A stretch of DNA of 20,000 bases from Psammoneis japonica (lineage: Eukaryota). Shown one piece after another: positions 1-9,683 of the stretch. The notes under the pieces were generated by a model. It saw nothing but the letters and a program-made list of their open reading frames with translations. It made no database searches and had not been told where the DNA came from. Made by a program: the position numbers and the translations under genes. The DNA is taken from the NCBI GenBank assembly GCA_008632985.1, contig QPGO01000040.1:45311-65310 (forward strand), in the 5' to 3' direction. Within the stretch, counting starts at the first letter, position 1. Each line of letters begins with the position of its first letter.

Positions 1-2923
1 CGATAGTACCAGGCTCGGCTTGGAGAGTCAACCTTGATGCGCTGGAAACACCCAGCTTGTTCATATTCTCGGTGCTGCTGGCTAGCAGCGATGCGGCAGC
101 TTCGTCCTCCATTTCATCGTCGTCGGTAGAGTCCATTGCGCTTTCAAACGTTTTCCGTTGTAACACCAAATCAGGAAACCGCGACACTAACAACAGAGCA
201 ACCACTACTGATATTTGAATTAGAAGTTTCTTCGGGTGCTCTTTCAGAAAGCTACTCGCGTTTTCGATTCCGAAGAAAGGCAAGATTGTATCACTCAAGG
301 TTTTGAAAACATGTCTTGTTTCTGACCTCAGGTCTGCCCACGGCACTGGCCATGATCTCCACTGTGGCAAACTCAATACTTCGCCAAAAGCAGAAACAAT
401 TGCCGCCAGTACTGGTTGAACAAACGATACCGTAACAATGCAAAGGCCGACCAGAGCCAAAAAGATAAAGGATGAAAGACGTGAAGACGCAACCATGGCA
501 ATCGCCTGAGCACCGGCGGTCCACCGCGACCACTCCAATACGTTTCGTTGCAATGGCAAGGACGACATTAAACGCAAATACAGTTGGCTGTATAGCGTCA
601 AGTCCCTTGCCGAGTCGCCAGCTTCGGAAGCCACCCTTTGAATCTGCGGATTCCATTTGATGGAGTTGTTGGCAAATACAAGAAACGCCGCTGTTAGAGC
701 AAACGGCGCCCATGAATCCGTCAAACCGTCTAAACAGGCGCTCTGCAACGAGCTTAGAAATGATGAACTGCCAAGTTCGCTGAGAGATGGGAGTTTCACA
801 GTCTGAACAAACGGCGTCATCTCGCGGATACCCAAAAGAATCAGTCCAAGACACACCACATCGGAAAAGGCGCGATGACGCCCGATAGCATGACAAGTAC
901 GCGCATCTTGTGTGGACAAGAGCGATAGGTTTCCTTCTTTGCCATGCTTGTATAGGCTCAAAGCTTCTTGCAACGGCTCCGTCATTGTTGTTGATGACTT
1001 TTTCGAGTGCCTATGAAGTGCTTTCCAAGGTCGTCGTTTCGGTGTGCTATCCGTACTCGTCTGCTTTCCACTAAATGGAAACAGACGTTCTCGCCACTTT
1101 TCTTTGGTACTACGTGGATCCAATGATGCCAATCTGTCAACTTCATCTCTATCCTTCCAAGCGTCAGCGGCAAGAGAGGAAGACGACCGTCTCTTGAAGA
1201 GACGCATCGGAGACGGAATGGCTCCGACGATTCTTGCAAAGAACTTTGGAGAATCAAAATCGTATGAAAAGGTTCTACGTGAGGTGTCTGGTGAAGTAGA
1301 CCAACCATCAATGGCAGAAGAGATCGGTCTACGATCCGGTTGTTTCCGGCTGCCGGGATCATGGGGAAGCGGCTTTGACGGGGTCTGACTCGAAGGTTTC
1401 TGAGCACTTAGGGCGTGCTGCTGCTGCTTGGTTGATCCCGCTATACCCTGAGTTGCGTCCTCGGGTCTCGTAGGCCAGTCGACATGACGCCGGCCTCCAA
1501 CGGCCGTCTTACTGGGTTGTTCAGTAGTAGATTGAATACTTGGGTATGGACGTGGCTTGGCTGTTGCGTTTTGATTGAGAGCTGCCGCGGTGGGTGGAGA
1601 ATGTTGATGGCCCGAGGGCGGCGTGGGCGATGCACCAGCCCGAATCACATTCTTTTTACCCGCCATGAGATCATTCCAATTCTTTGTATTTGGATCTGCA
1701 GCAACAGTCGTTGCTTGTGGTGGCTCTTGTTTTTTCTTCGTTTTGTTTATTGCAGCGCTCTTTGAAATCATGGATGACGAAGATGCAAGCAAGCGTTTTG
1801 CATTGTGAGATACGGTATCCTCCAGATTGGCCAATTCATCTAACCCCTGCTCTACACGGTTCCATAATGCTTTCCATCTTGGTTTCCGTTGTTGGCGACC
1901 TTCGAGTTGATGTTGATGTTGATGTTGAACGTATTGACGTTGTTGGTAGCGACGTTGATCCATCTGTTGAGGGTAGCGATGCTGTGGCGGTTGTCGTTGC
2001 TGCGGCATTGGACGAATTTGGGCCTGTAGCTGCTGTGGCGGATATCCCTGTTGTTGTTGTTGTTGCTGCTGCTGCTGCTGCTGCTGTTTGGGGTATTTCT
2101 GTTGTTGATACTGATTCTGCTGCGTCTGCCGTGCTTGCTGCGGCTGAAGGTATGGCCTTTGCGCCGGTTGCTGCTGCGGTGGTACTGGCACACTGATAGA
2201 AGAGAATATGAATGGTTTCTTGTCTGAAAGGTCTGTTTCCGGCTTTACCAATGTTGCAGGTCGTTGTGGTGGTGGACCGCGGTGTGCTGTTAACAGCGAG
2301 CCGTGAGGCTCTGTCGTTTTGGTCGCGGACGCCGACACGCGAGGAGGAGGTATTCTGCCTTCTTCTTTGACTGCTGGTCTAGAGAATTCGTTGCCGTGTT
2401 CTTTATAACCTTGTTTCTGCTCTTGTTTTAGTAAAGCATCCGTTTCTGACTTGGGGATATCTTTCTTTGGCAAAGCATTGTGCCTCGGCGGAGGTGGTCT
2501 CTCAAACAAGCTAGAAGGAGGTCGCTTAATCGCACTGCTCGAATGCCTTCTTGATGTATCATTTGTGTAGACGCGACTCTCCTCTCCTTTCGTAACACGC
2601 TGATCGGTTTTTACAGTCTCGGTATTCTTTTCTTTCTCATCGTGTATGCCTTCTTTTATTGGATTCAGAGGCGGACGAGGAGGAGGCAGCGGTGGCTTTT
2701 TCGGTACAAAAGTTATTGTTGATGTTGTTGCTTGTTTCTTCGGAACATCTTTACGAGGCGGTGGTGGCAAGATATTTTTGGATCGTTCGAGCGAGGAAGA
2801 AGCACGGACAAAGACGTGTTGTTGTTGCTGCTGTATAACTACCAGACAAAAACACAGCAACACCACACACAAACTGATTTGAAAATCTGGCGCGTTTCTT
2901 GTTCTTGCTTTCATCATATTCAT
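1..2923 (-). CDS. Large putative secreted/membrane protein (>=974 aa, 3'-partial): signal peptide, Pro/Gln-rich disordered N-half, then several hydrophobic segments
   Basis: Manual translation: the minus frame is open from ATG 2923 (MNMMKARTRNAPDFQISLCVVLLCFCLVVIQQQQQHVFVRA) to the window edge with no stop, which is why the ORF track omits it. Poly-Pro and poly-Gln tracts are followed by TM-like stretches (DVVCLGLILLGI, SFIFLALVGLCIVTVSFV, LLIQISVVVALLLVS). Confidence 0.8.
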   Translation of the reverse strand, partial: MNMMKARTRNAPDFQISLCVVLLCFCLVVIQQQQQHVFVRASSSLERSKNILPPPPRKDVPKKQATTSTITFVPKKPPLPPPRPPLNPIKEGIHDEKEKNTETVKTDQRVTKGEESRVYTNDTSRRHSSSAIKRPPSSLFERPPPPRHNALPKKDIPKSETDALLKQEQKQGYKEHGNEFSRPAVKEEGRIPPPRVSASATKTTEPHGSLLTAHRGPPPQRPATLVKPETDLSDKKPFIFSSISVPVPPQQQPAQRPYLQPQQARQTQQNQYQQQKYPKQQQQQQQQQQQQQGYPPQQLQAQIRPMPQQRQPPQHRYPQQMDQRRYQQRQYVQHQHQHQLEGRQQRKPRWKALWNRVEQGLDELANLEDTVSHNAKRLLASSSSMISKSAAINKTKKKQEPPQATTVAADPNTKNWNDLMAGKKNVIRAGASPTPPSGHQHSPPTAAALNQNATAKPRPYPSIQSTTEQPSKTAVGGRRHVDWPTRPEDATQGIAGSTKQQQHALSAQKPSSQTPSKPLPHDPGSRKQPDRRPISSAIDGWSTSPDTSRRTFSYDFDSPKFFARIVGAIPSPMRLFKRRSSSSLAADAWKDRDEVDRLASLDPRSTKEKWRERLFPFSGKQTSTDSTPKRRPWKALHRHSKKSSTTMTEPLQEALSLYKHGKEGNLSLLSTQDARTCHAIGRHRAFSDVVCLGLILLGIREMTPFVQTVKLPSLSELGSSSFLSSLQSACLDGLTDSWAPFALTAAFLVFANNSIKWNPQIQRVASEAGDSARDLTLYSQLYLRLMSSLPLQRNVLEWSRWTAGAQAIAMVASSRLSSFIFLALVGLCIVTVSFVQPVLAAIVSAFGEVLSLPQWRSWPVPWADLRSETRHVFKTLSDTILPFFGIENASSFLKEHPKKLLIQISVVVALLLVSRFPDLVLQRKTFESAMDSTDDDEMEDEAAASLLASSTENMNKLGVSSASRLTLQAEPGTI
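2047..2086. repeat. (TTG)n(CTG)n trinucleotide microsatellite encoding poly-Gln on the minus strand
   Basis: ctg ttg ttg ttg ttg ttg ctg ctg ctg ctg ctg ctg is in frame with the 2923..1 ORF (CAG/CAA codons). Confidence 0.8.
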
Positions 2924-3367
2924 ATTTATCGAGTTTGTCTGTCACTTTGGGAAACAGTAGGGTGTTTTGCTCAGGATTCGGTAAGCACTAATCAATAGAG
3001 GAGCTTGTTGTAATAACCGCAGATCATCGACACTTCACAAACATCATAACGACAGCGCATGCAGAAAAAATAGGCGCCGCGACAACATCATGCCGTTTTT
3101 GAGCGAACACACCTCGGCGTAGAAAACATACTGGCTTCTACGATGGTTGCCACACACGTGTTGAAAAGCGCGCGCGGGAAGGAAACTGCGCACCACATTC
3201 CGACTCATTTGACTGCAACACTTTATCTCCAACTTTGACTCGAGCCAACGAGCCGGATGGGCTCTAACTCTATGTATGGTAGATGATAGATGGCAGTGAG
3301 TAGCCTTTCTTTCGAAGCTTTCTTTCTGTAATTGTAATAGTGATACAAGACAAACCAAAATATTACT

Positions 3368-4420
3368 CTAAACAATCCCCAAATCTTCGTGAGTTATTAG
3401 ACTTGAATTCAAGTGACCCACAAAATTCTGTAGCAGCAAAGTCGCGTGGCGATCATCCGTTCTATCGTCGCAGTGGTTGTCGCCATTGTCATTGTACGAT
3501 ACGACGTCAATATCAACAACCGTAATGGCCGTATTGTAACTTAGAAACTTTCGTTTCTTGACAATGGGAATGGGCAATCCCAACACGGCCTGTAGGACCA
3601 TGTCTTTGAAATCTCCATGACACACGAGTGCAATGGTTTTGCTCGTTCGCTCTGTCAAACACGTGGCGGCCATTTGGTAGAAACGATCTGCAACACGTTG
3701 GATTCGTGGAATAGCCATGGCACGTGTTTCCTTGTTGCGATCAACAGGATACCAGCCGTCTTGTGTCACGTCAGGAGGCAACTTGTAATTGGGAAACAGT
3801 TGTGTCATTTTGCTTTTCGATAGCCCGCCTTGTCCGACGCCTTGTCTGTGAATTCCTGAAACTTCATAAATATCCGTCCATACCTCTGGGTCCATGTTTA
3901 GTGCGACGCCAATCGGTTGTGCTGTTCGGAGTGCGCGAAGCATGGGTGACACATAAAGGGCATCAATGTCACCCATGATTGGATTAAAGTCGGAAAAGGA
4001 TTCGTGTGCGGCAAGGTACTGACCACAGGCAAGGGCGTGTTGCCTTCCTCGTGGTGATAGATCCGGGTCGTCGAGACGGTTGTTGCGATAGTAATCAACA
4101 GACTTTGCATTCATGACATTATTTTCGGATTCTCCGTGACGGATAAACAAGACACGGAGTCGGTATAGTGGATAGCCATACTCTGATTTTGTTGGGACAG
4201 ACTCCTTATCATCGCGGTTTGTTCTTGACGTGGTTGTCGTGCTAAACTTGGAAGACGAAGAGGCGGCCAACACATTTCGCGGTCTCGCCAACGACGATAT
4301 CGTTGAGACAATCGCGATAGTAGCAGCGTTCACAAAACGAGACCTCATAAAAGGAGTTGTGGTAAGCTGTCTTGTCGAGTTGTTGACAGAGGGAATGCCT
4401 CGGGATAACAACAACAACAT
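3368..4420 (-). CDS. Histidine phosphatase superfamily / phosphoglycerate mutase-like protein with Ser/Thr/Arg-rich N-terminal targeting-like extension
   Basis: RHG motif (LFIRHGESENN), D-x-x-LS-x-x-G-x-x-x-A, SPMLRALRTA and the C-terminal VCHG motif in a 350-aa ORF. The start codon is uncertain. Confidence 0.9.
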   Translation of the reverse strand: MLLLLSRGIPSVNNSTRQLTTTPFMRSRFVNAATIAIVSTISSLARPRNVLAASSSSKFSTTTTSRTNRDDKESVPTKSEYGYPLYRLRVLFIRHGESENNVMNAKSVDYYRNNRLDDPDLSPRGRQHALACGQYLAAHESFSDFNPIMGDIDALYVSPMLRALRTAQPIGVALNMDPEVWTDIYEVSGIHRQGVGQGGLSKSKMTQLFPNYKLPPDVTQDGWYPVDRNKETRAMAIPRIQRVADRFYQMAATCLTERTSKTIALVCHGDFKDMVLQAVLGLPIPIVKKRKFLSYNTAITVVDIDVVSYNDNGDNHCDDRTDDRHATLLLQNFVGHLNSSLITHEDLGIV

Positions 4421-4489
4421 CGTTGGCTGTTGCTCGAAGTGGTTTTTAGCAAAGATTCAGATGATGCGACGTCGCGTTACGAGTTGTTG

Positions 4490-6870
4490 CGAAATCCAAA
4501 ATTCCAACAAATGGGGATGACGTCACGGAAATCTGATTTGGGCACACGGGATCGCCATCTCCCGCTCGCTCTCCCCAAGCCCAGCCACCACCAGCAGGGA
4601 CGTTCTGCGACCTTTCCACTCTTCCGCTGCTGAAGGCACTTCCGTGCCTCCTTCTGCTGTTCACTTCCGTTCTCAACAGGCTCTCTAACTGTGTGCTTGG
4701 TTCAATCTTTGCCTGAAGCCAGTCCACCTCTCACAACCAGCGCCACAGCCGACCACGCATCGAAGTGCCGTGCTGGCCCTCGAGATTTCCTTCCAGCTTC
4801 AACACAAGTGACAACTTGTCCCAACATGGATTGAAAAAGCAACTGGGCAGCATTTTCTTGGTGAAATTGACGTGTGCTCATGACACTTCTTCAGCGTGCT
4901 GTGTGCTGCTGGCGCCTCTGCTTTTGGCTTGTTCTTGGAGAGCTGCCATCCTCACATTGCTGCCGAGTGAGGGGCTTGTTGATTCTTGATTCCTGTGTGG
5001 CACAATGTCTGTTTCATGTGGGTTGCAGCATGTGCGCCATGTTTCATGGAAGGAGAATGCCAGCTGCACCCTTGTGTCAAGAGATTGCCCAGTGAGTCAG
5101 GTCGCTTCCAGGACCTTCAGTTGGCAACAGATCAGAAATCCCAGTCAATGCCTGTGTCATTCACCAGCGCATGGAGCAACCTTTGTAGCTCCCACCCCAT
5201 CTGCCACACAAAGCACAAACAATGAGCAAACAATGGCATTCAACCACTGCATGAGAGACCTGCTCAGTGTGCATTCCAGAGGTTCAGCCAAACAAGTGGT
5301 CTGTCACATGGCCCACTCTCGTGGCTGGCATCCTTGATCTTGACTTGTTCCAGACTCATGTGCATGAATGTGCAGTCCAAACTTAAGGTGCAATTTTCAA
5401 TGGCCAAAAAACACAATGATCTTCAAATGCATTGTCATGGGCACATGCAGAAAGGTCTCGTGCATGCACTCATGTGTGAGAAACTGAGGATGGACCAAGT
5501 TGTTGATCGCCAAATTGTGCCTTAAGATGAGAGCTCTTTTTTCCGATGAGTGATTTGCAACTGCTTTTGTGTGTTGACAAACAACACATTGATTGTTGTT
5601 CTTGTGCACCAATGTGCTCTCAAATGCGACATGAATGATGTTTCGTCCACTCATTTGAGTGCAAGTTGATCTCAATGGATTGAACAAAACATGCATTGAT
5701 TGACAAGTTTCGGAAGACGCGGAAAGAAATGAAGCTCAGCATGTGCAATGGCATCAACTTCAGACCCTTTTTCACTGTTCCATTGGCATGAACAACTGAC
5801 ACACTTGCACAAGTCCATGTTGTGGAGGAAATGTGCATGAAAATGGAAAAGAAATGTGCTTTCTTGGAGGCAAATTGTGAGTGAATTGAGGCTCAATTGT
5901 TGGTGCTGACAGATTGAATCTTCTTGTGCCATGCTGCAGCCTGCATCAAGCATTTTCATTGTTGTGATGGATGCCACAGACCATGTGAAATGCTGTGGTC
6001 TTCATCATGACATTCAATTTTCCATGAGGTTGAAAAAAGCGGGCTGTCATGGTTGCTGAAAGCCATGGCCGTTTTGGCTGTTTGTTGGCTCGAATTTGCT
6101 CTGTTTGTTTCACTTAAAATCCATTGATGTGATCATTTAAATAAAATGTCAATGATGTTGAACAAAGCATGAAACATTCATTTTTTGTGCAAAATCAGGC
6201 ATGAGCATGCCACCTGAGTCTGGAGCAAGTCTTTTGCCAAAGTGCTGGTGCTGGTCTCCTCGCTCACCCACGATTTTTGACCTCGCACGCTGCATCCCTC
6301 ACAAGCAGATGTTTTTACTGCAGTGTTCATTGGCATCACACTCCAGCATGTGCTGACCTTCCCATGCACAGTGGAGAAGGAGCGGTGCAGTGCCTGTGGA
6401 CAGGCGGCATCAACAGCGCGGTGTCAATCTTGTTTCTTGTGCTTTCTGCTGCGCAGCTGTGGTGCTGGGCTTGCTCCCCCTCCCCCTGCCTCTCTCCACT
6501 GACAAATCATGTGCTTCAAGAGATGAAGTCCATTTTTTCTTTTTTTTCAGCTCTCAGACTGTTGTTCTGCCTTCCCTCTCCCTGCTGCCTCTTTCTTTTG
6601 AGAGCACTCTGCCGCAAAGGAGCTTTGCACGCATGCATGCAAGCACAGCCAGGTGACCTGTGTGTTTCCACTTGGACAAGAATGTTTGTTTTTTCATTCA
6701 CAAGGTGCTGTGTGATGGCCATTCTGGTCCCCGGGTGTGAGCCATCATCCATTCGCTTGGCCAAGAGCGAGAACAGGAAACTTGAGTGACACCTGGAACG
6801 ATTTGGCACGGTGACTCATTCATGTCTGCCCTAATTGTGAATGACGTGAAGGACATCATGACTCACTTAA
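4490..6870 (-). mobile_element. Decayed TE-like/foreign island 1 (TpA- and CpG-depleted) with relic minus-strand coding sequence of unknown family
   Basis: About 10 TpA in ~2.4 kb against normal density in the flanks, the same signature as the transposase-bearing island 2. A minus frame at ~5400-4950 is interrupted only by TGA (likely ex-CGA). No recognisable transposase motif or TIR. Boundaries are approximate. Confidence 0.55.
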
Positions 6871-7324
6871 GGGCGTCGTGACGTGTTTCCGATTCATCAT
6901 TCTTGAAGGTGCGCTCAATCTTCTTGTGAATGACGTTAGAGAGTGTCCCTATTCTTGCGTAAATAATATCAAGAAAATTGAGTGTATGGTTAAGCATAAA
7001 CGATGACACTCTGAGGTCATGATTGGAGTGAAATTCCGTGCACCAAAGTGTCACGCATGAATCCAACCAAATCCAACGCTCGCACCACATCCACGTAGAA
7101 CTCAGTACAAAAGCTACGTAATACTCATGCGGTTGGCGATCCTTTGATCACATTTTTTGCTTTCTCACACCTCAAACTGAGTTGAAACACACGACAACTC
7201 AATCTCCAAGCTATTGTATCGAGACAAGTCCTGCTGAGCAATTCATCGAAACTCTCCAGCGACACTTCCACATACAAACTCAAAAGTGGAGCCTGGAGAA
7301 ATTTCATAATTCATAGAGACAACC

Positions 7325-9126
7325 ATGTGCAACATGACAGCAACATACCGCTCAGGCGAGAAAGAGCCATTGACGTCACTCTCGCAGGAAGAAACGGCTT
7401 TCTCGGCTTGTGCCAACAACAGAACTACTGCATATTCATTAGAGAATAGGAGAGGAAAAGCGCCATACTTGATTGTTACGTTGGTCCCAGCCGTGGCATT
7501 GAGATTGTGCGACTTTAGTTTCAACTATTCCTGGTCCTTTGGGCTCTACTCATGCTTGTCCCTCGTTGTAGCAGCGCTGACCCACATGATTTATCAGCAA
7601 AGAGTGTTGACTCGCTCGCTACTTAGCAAGGTTCCATCCTCTGATAATATCAAGACGGCTACAACAGCTACGATCTCCTCAACAATCAAGAGGATTTCTT
7701 CGAATCAGTGCTGGGAGAGCTTACACGGGAAGACAAGCCATTCCAAGAATCAGCACGTCACTACACTCTCCAATAACGATCCATTTGTTTCTTTGGATGT
7801 CATATCGAAGTTAACATTGTCCGATGTCACGCACTCCTTCTATACGCCAAGGACAAGAATAGCCATCGTTGCGAAGGTACGACGACGAGTGCAGCGTTGG
7901 AGCAAGTCATGACCGCGTTGGACACGTCCGCGTCGAAGTCACGTGGTCCGAATGTGATTGAGCGCAATACGTTGTCCTCGGATGCGTTTGGCGATATGGA
8001 TGCCTTACGGTTCTGTGCCGCGGTTCGAATCTTTGGCGAATGGCGCGTCGTTCGACAAGTTCCTGATGGATACAAGGGCTATGCCGTCGGAATGAACTTG
8101 GGCAAACGAGACATTGTACAAAACCTTGCCAAGATGGAGCATGCGGTACACAACTGGATTGATCACAATAGAAACCGCGACGAAGTCTTGAAAAGCCCGA
8201 GTTTGCGCGATCTTTTAGTGCACGAAGTCAACACCAACGTTCACCATCGGCTTCCGAAGCTCAAGGAAAAGACGGCAGCCATCGGGCTGGTCTGGACGTA
8301 CCGTCAGTTGCAATACCAAACGTGCGTCTACGCCAACATGGTCAATGGAGAATACAACAAAGCTGCGCTGGATGCTTACAAGGAAGTGTACGACAAGTAT
8401 CACGGATGGGCAGTACAAAAGATGTTCAAGTACTCTTTTCAGGGAGCGCCGCCCGAACACGAAATTTATAGGCATATGAACCCTGAGTTGCTACAACAGG
8501 TCACTGACAAAGTGAAGAACGAAAGCACCGTGTTGCTGCGTAGTGCAAGCCTTTCATCGTTACCGGGCTGCAGTTTTGACGACGAGTCGTTCGTGCTTGA
8601 TCAAGAGAGTGATAGCGTCGACTGGGAGATTGTCCCCAACGTCACAGAATCTTCGTTTCTATTTGATTCAGATGACGAGGAAGATTCTGTGGTTAACGAC
8701 AAAGGGAAAGCCGAATCGAAAAAGAATCCTCTTGAAGAGGCTTTGGATCACATTGTTCGAGAAACCAAAAAGTTTGAAAAGAATATGGAGCGTGGATGGA
8801 ATGAATTCGTGTCTTCGATTGTCAGTGTCTTTGATAAAGACCACAAGCAAAAGAGTAGTGGAGCTTCGCATTCTACAAACGAGGAAAGAAGCGATGACAA
8901 AGAAAAATCAGTGGACCAGAGACGCCGAGAGTGTTTTAAGAAGAAGCGTCAAGAACAATCTGTTTCTGAAGATCAAACAGAAGCACTGAATAAAATGATA
9001 TCTACAGAAATGACCAATGGTGCTCACTCGCAAATGAAGCACTATCTCAAAGTCGCTCAGCCTATGATGGATGACTTGCTGAGCATGGTGAAAGAGCTGA
9101 ATATGAACGACCCTACGAAAGTATAG
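7325..9126 (+). CDS. Glycolipid transfer protein (GLTP)-domain protein with N-terminal TM segments, split by an apparent 1-nt frameshift near 7841
   Basis: ORF 7897..9126 has GLTP-like motifs (D-I-x-x-N-x-x-K, TAAIGLVWTYRQLQY, AY-x-EV-x-x-x-YHGWAVQKMF, APP, C-terminal LNMNDP). Its frame is open back to 7777 with no ATG before 7909, and it overlaps ORF 7325..7912, which carries the TM segments. Confidence 0.7.
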
Positions 9127-9683
9127 ATAGAAAGTGATGGATTATGGGTATGTAAATAGTATATATAAACAATAGAATTGCTACGGTTTGCTCATTCATT
9201 CGTCGATGGCCACGTATTTGTCCGTCCTGTTGATGTTGCGTATGCTGAATGTGCTCTATCCTCTCTACGAGTAGAAGTAGAGGTGAGAGGCAAATAATGT
9301 ATGTAGACTCTACCGTAGAGTTGATGGTGGTGGCGTTTCCTTTTAGGTCTCTTGCATGGGTGTTAAATAATCCTGAACAATTATGGAGAAATTTTCTTTT
9401 ACTGTTAAGTAAACAGATTCTCGTTTTTCCGTAAATATTGAGAGATAAATGTCGTCAACGCGAACCCCCATGCGTGTTCGGGGTCCGAATTTCCCACAAA
9501 ACAATAAAGGGACGAAAGCATCGCATCACGCCTCCCACAGTATTCTTCTCGACAAATAATTGAAGCTCTCGAAAAGACGGCACATCTGGTAAGAAGCACG
9601 ACGTGAGCGGTTTCTCTCTTTCTGTGACTTGCCGCTTCTAACGACTTGGTTTGGCCTGTTCGTGGCTACAGTACCCGATTGTA

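Noticed and set aside
1684..2196. Val/Ala-rich plus-strand ORF and Ser/Asn-rich minus-strand ORF 1852..2193
   Set aside because: Both are shadow frames of the poly-Gln region in the long 2923..1 minus-strand gene.
4520..6884. acgtcacg (4520-4527) / cgtgacgt (6877-6884) as TIRs of island 1, and ggggatgac shared between 4513 and 15323
   Set aside because: These are only 8-9 bp matches that do not extend and have no TSD. TGACGT-like motifs recur locally, so chance is a sufficient explanation.
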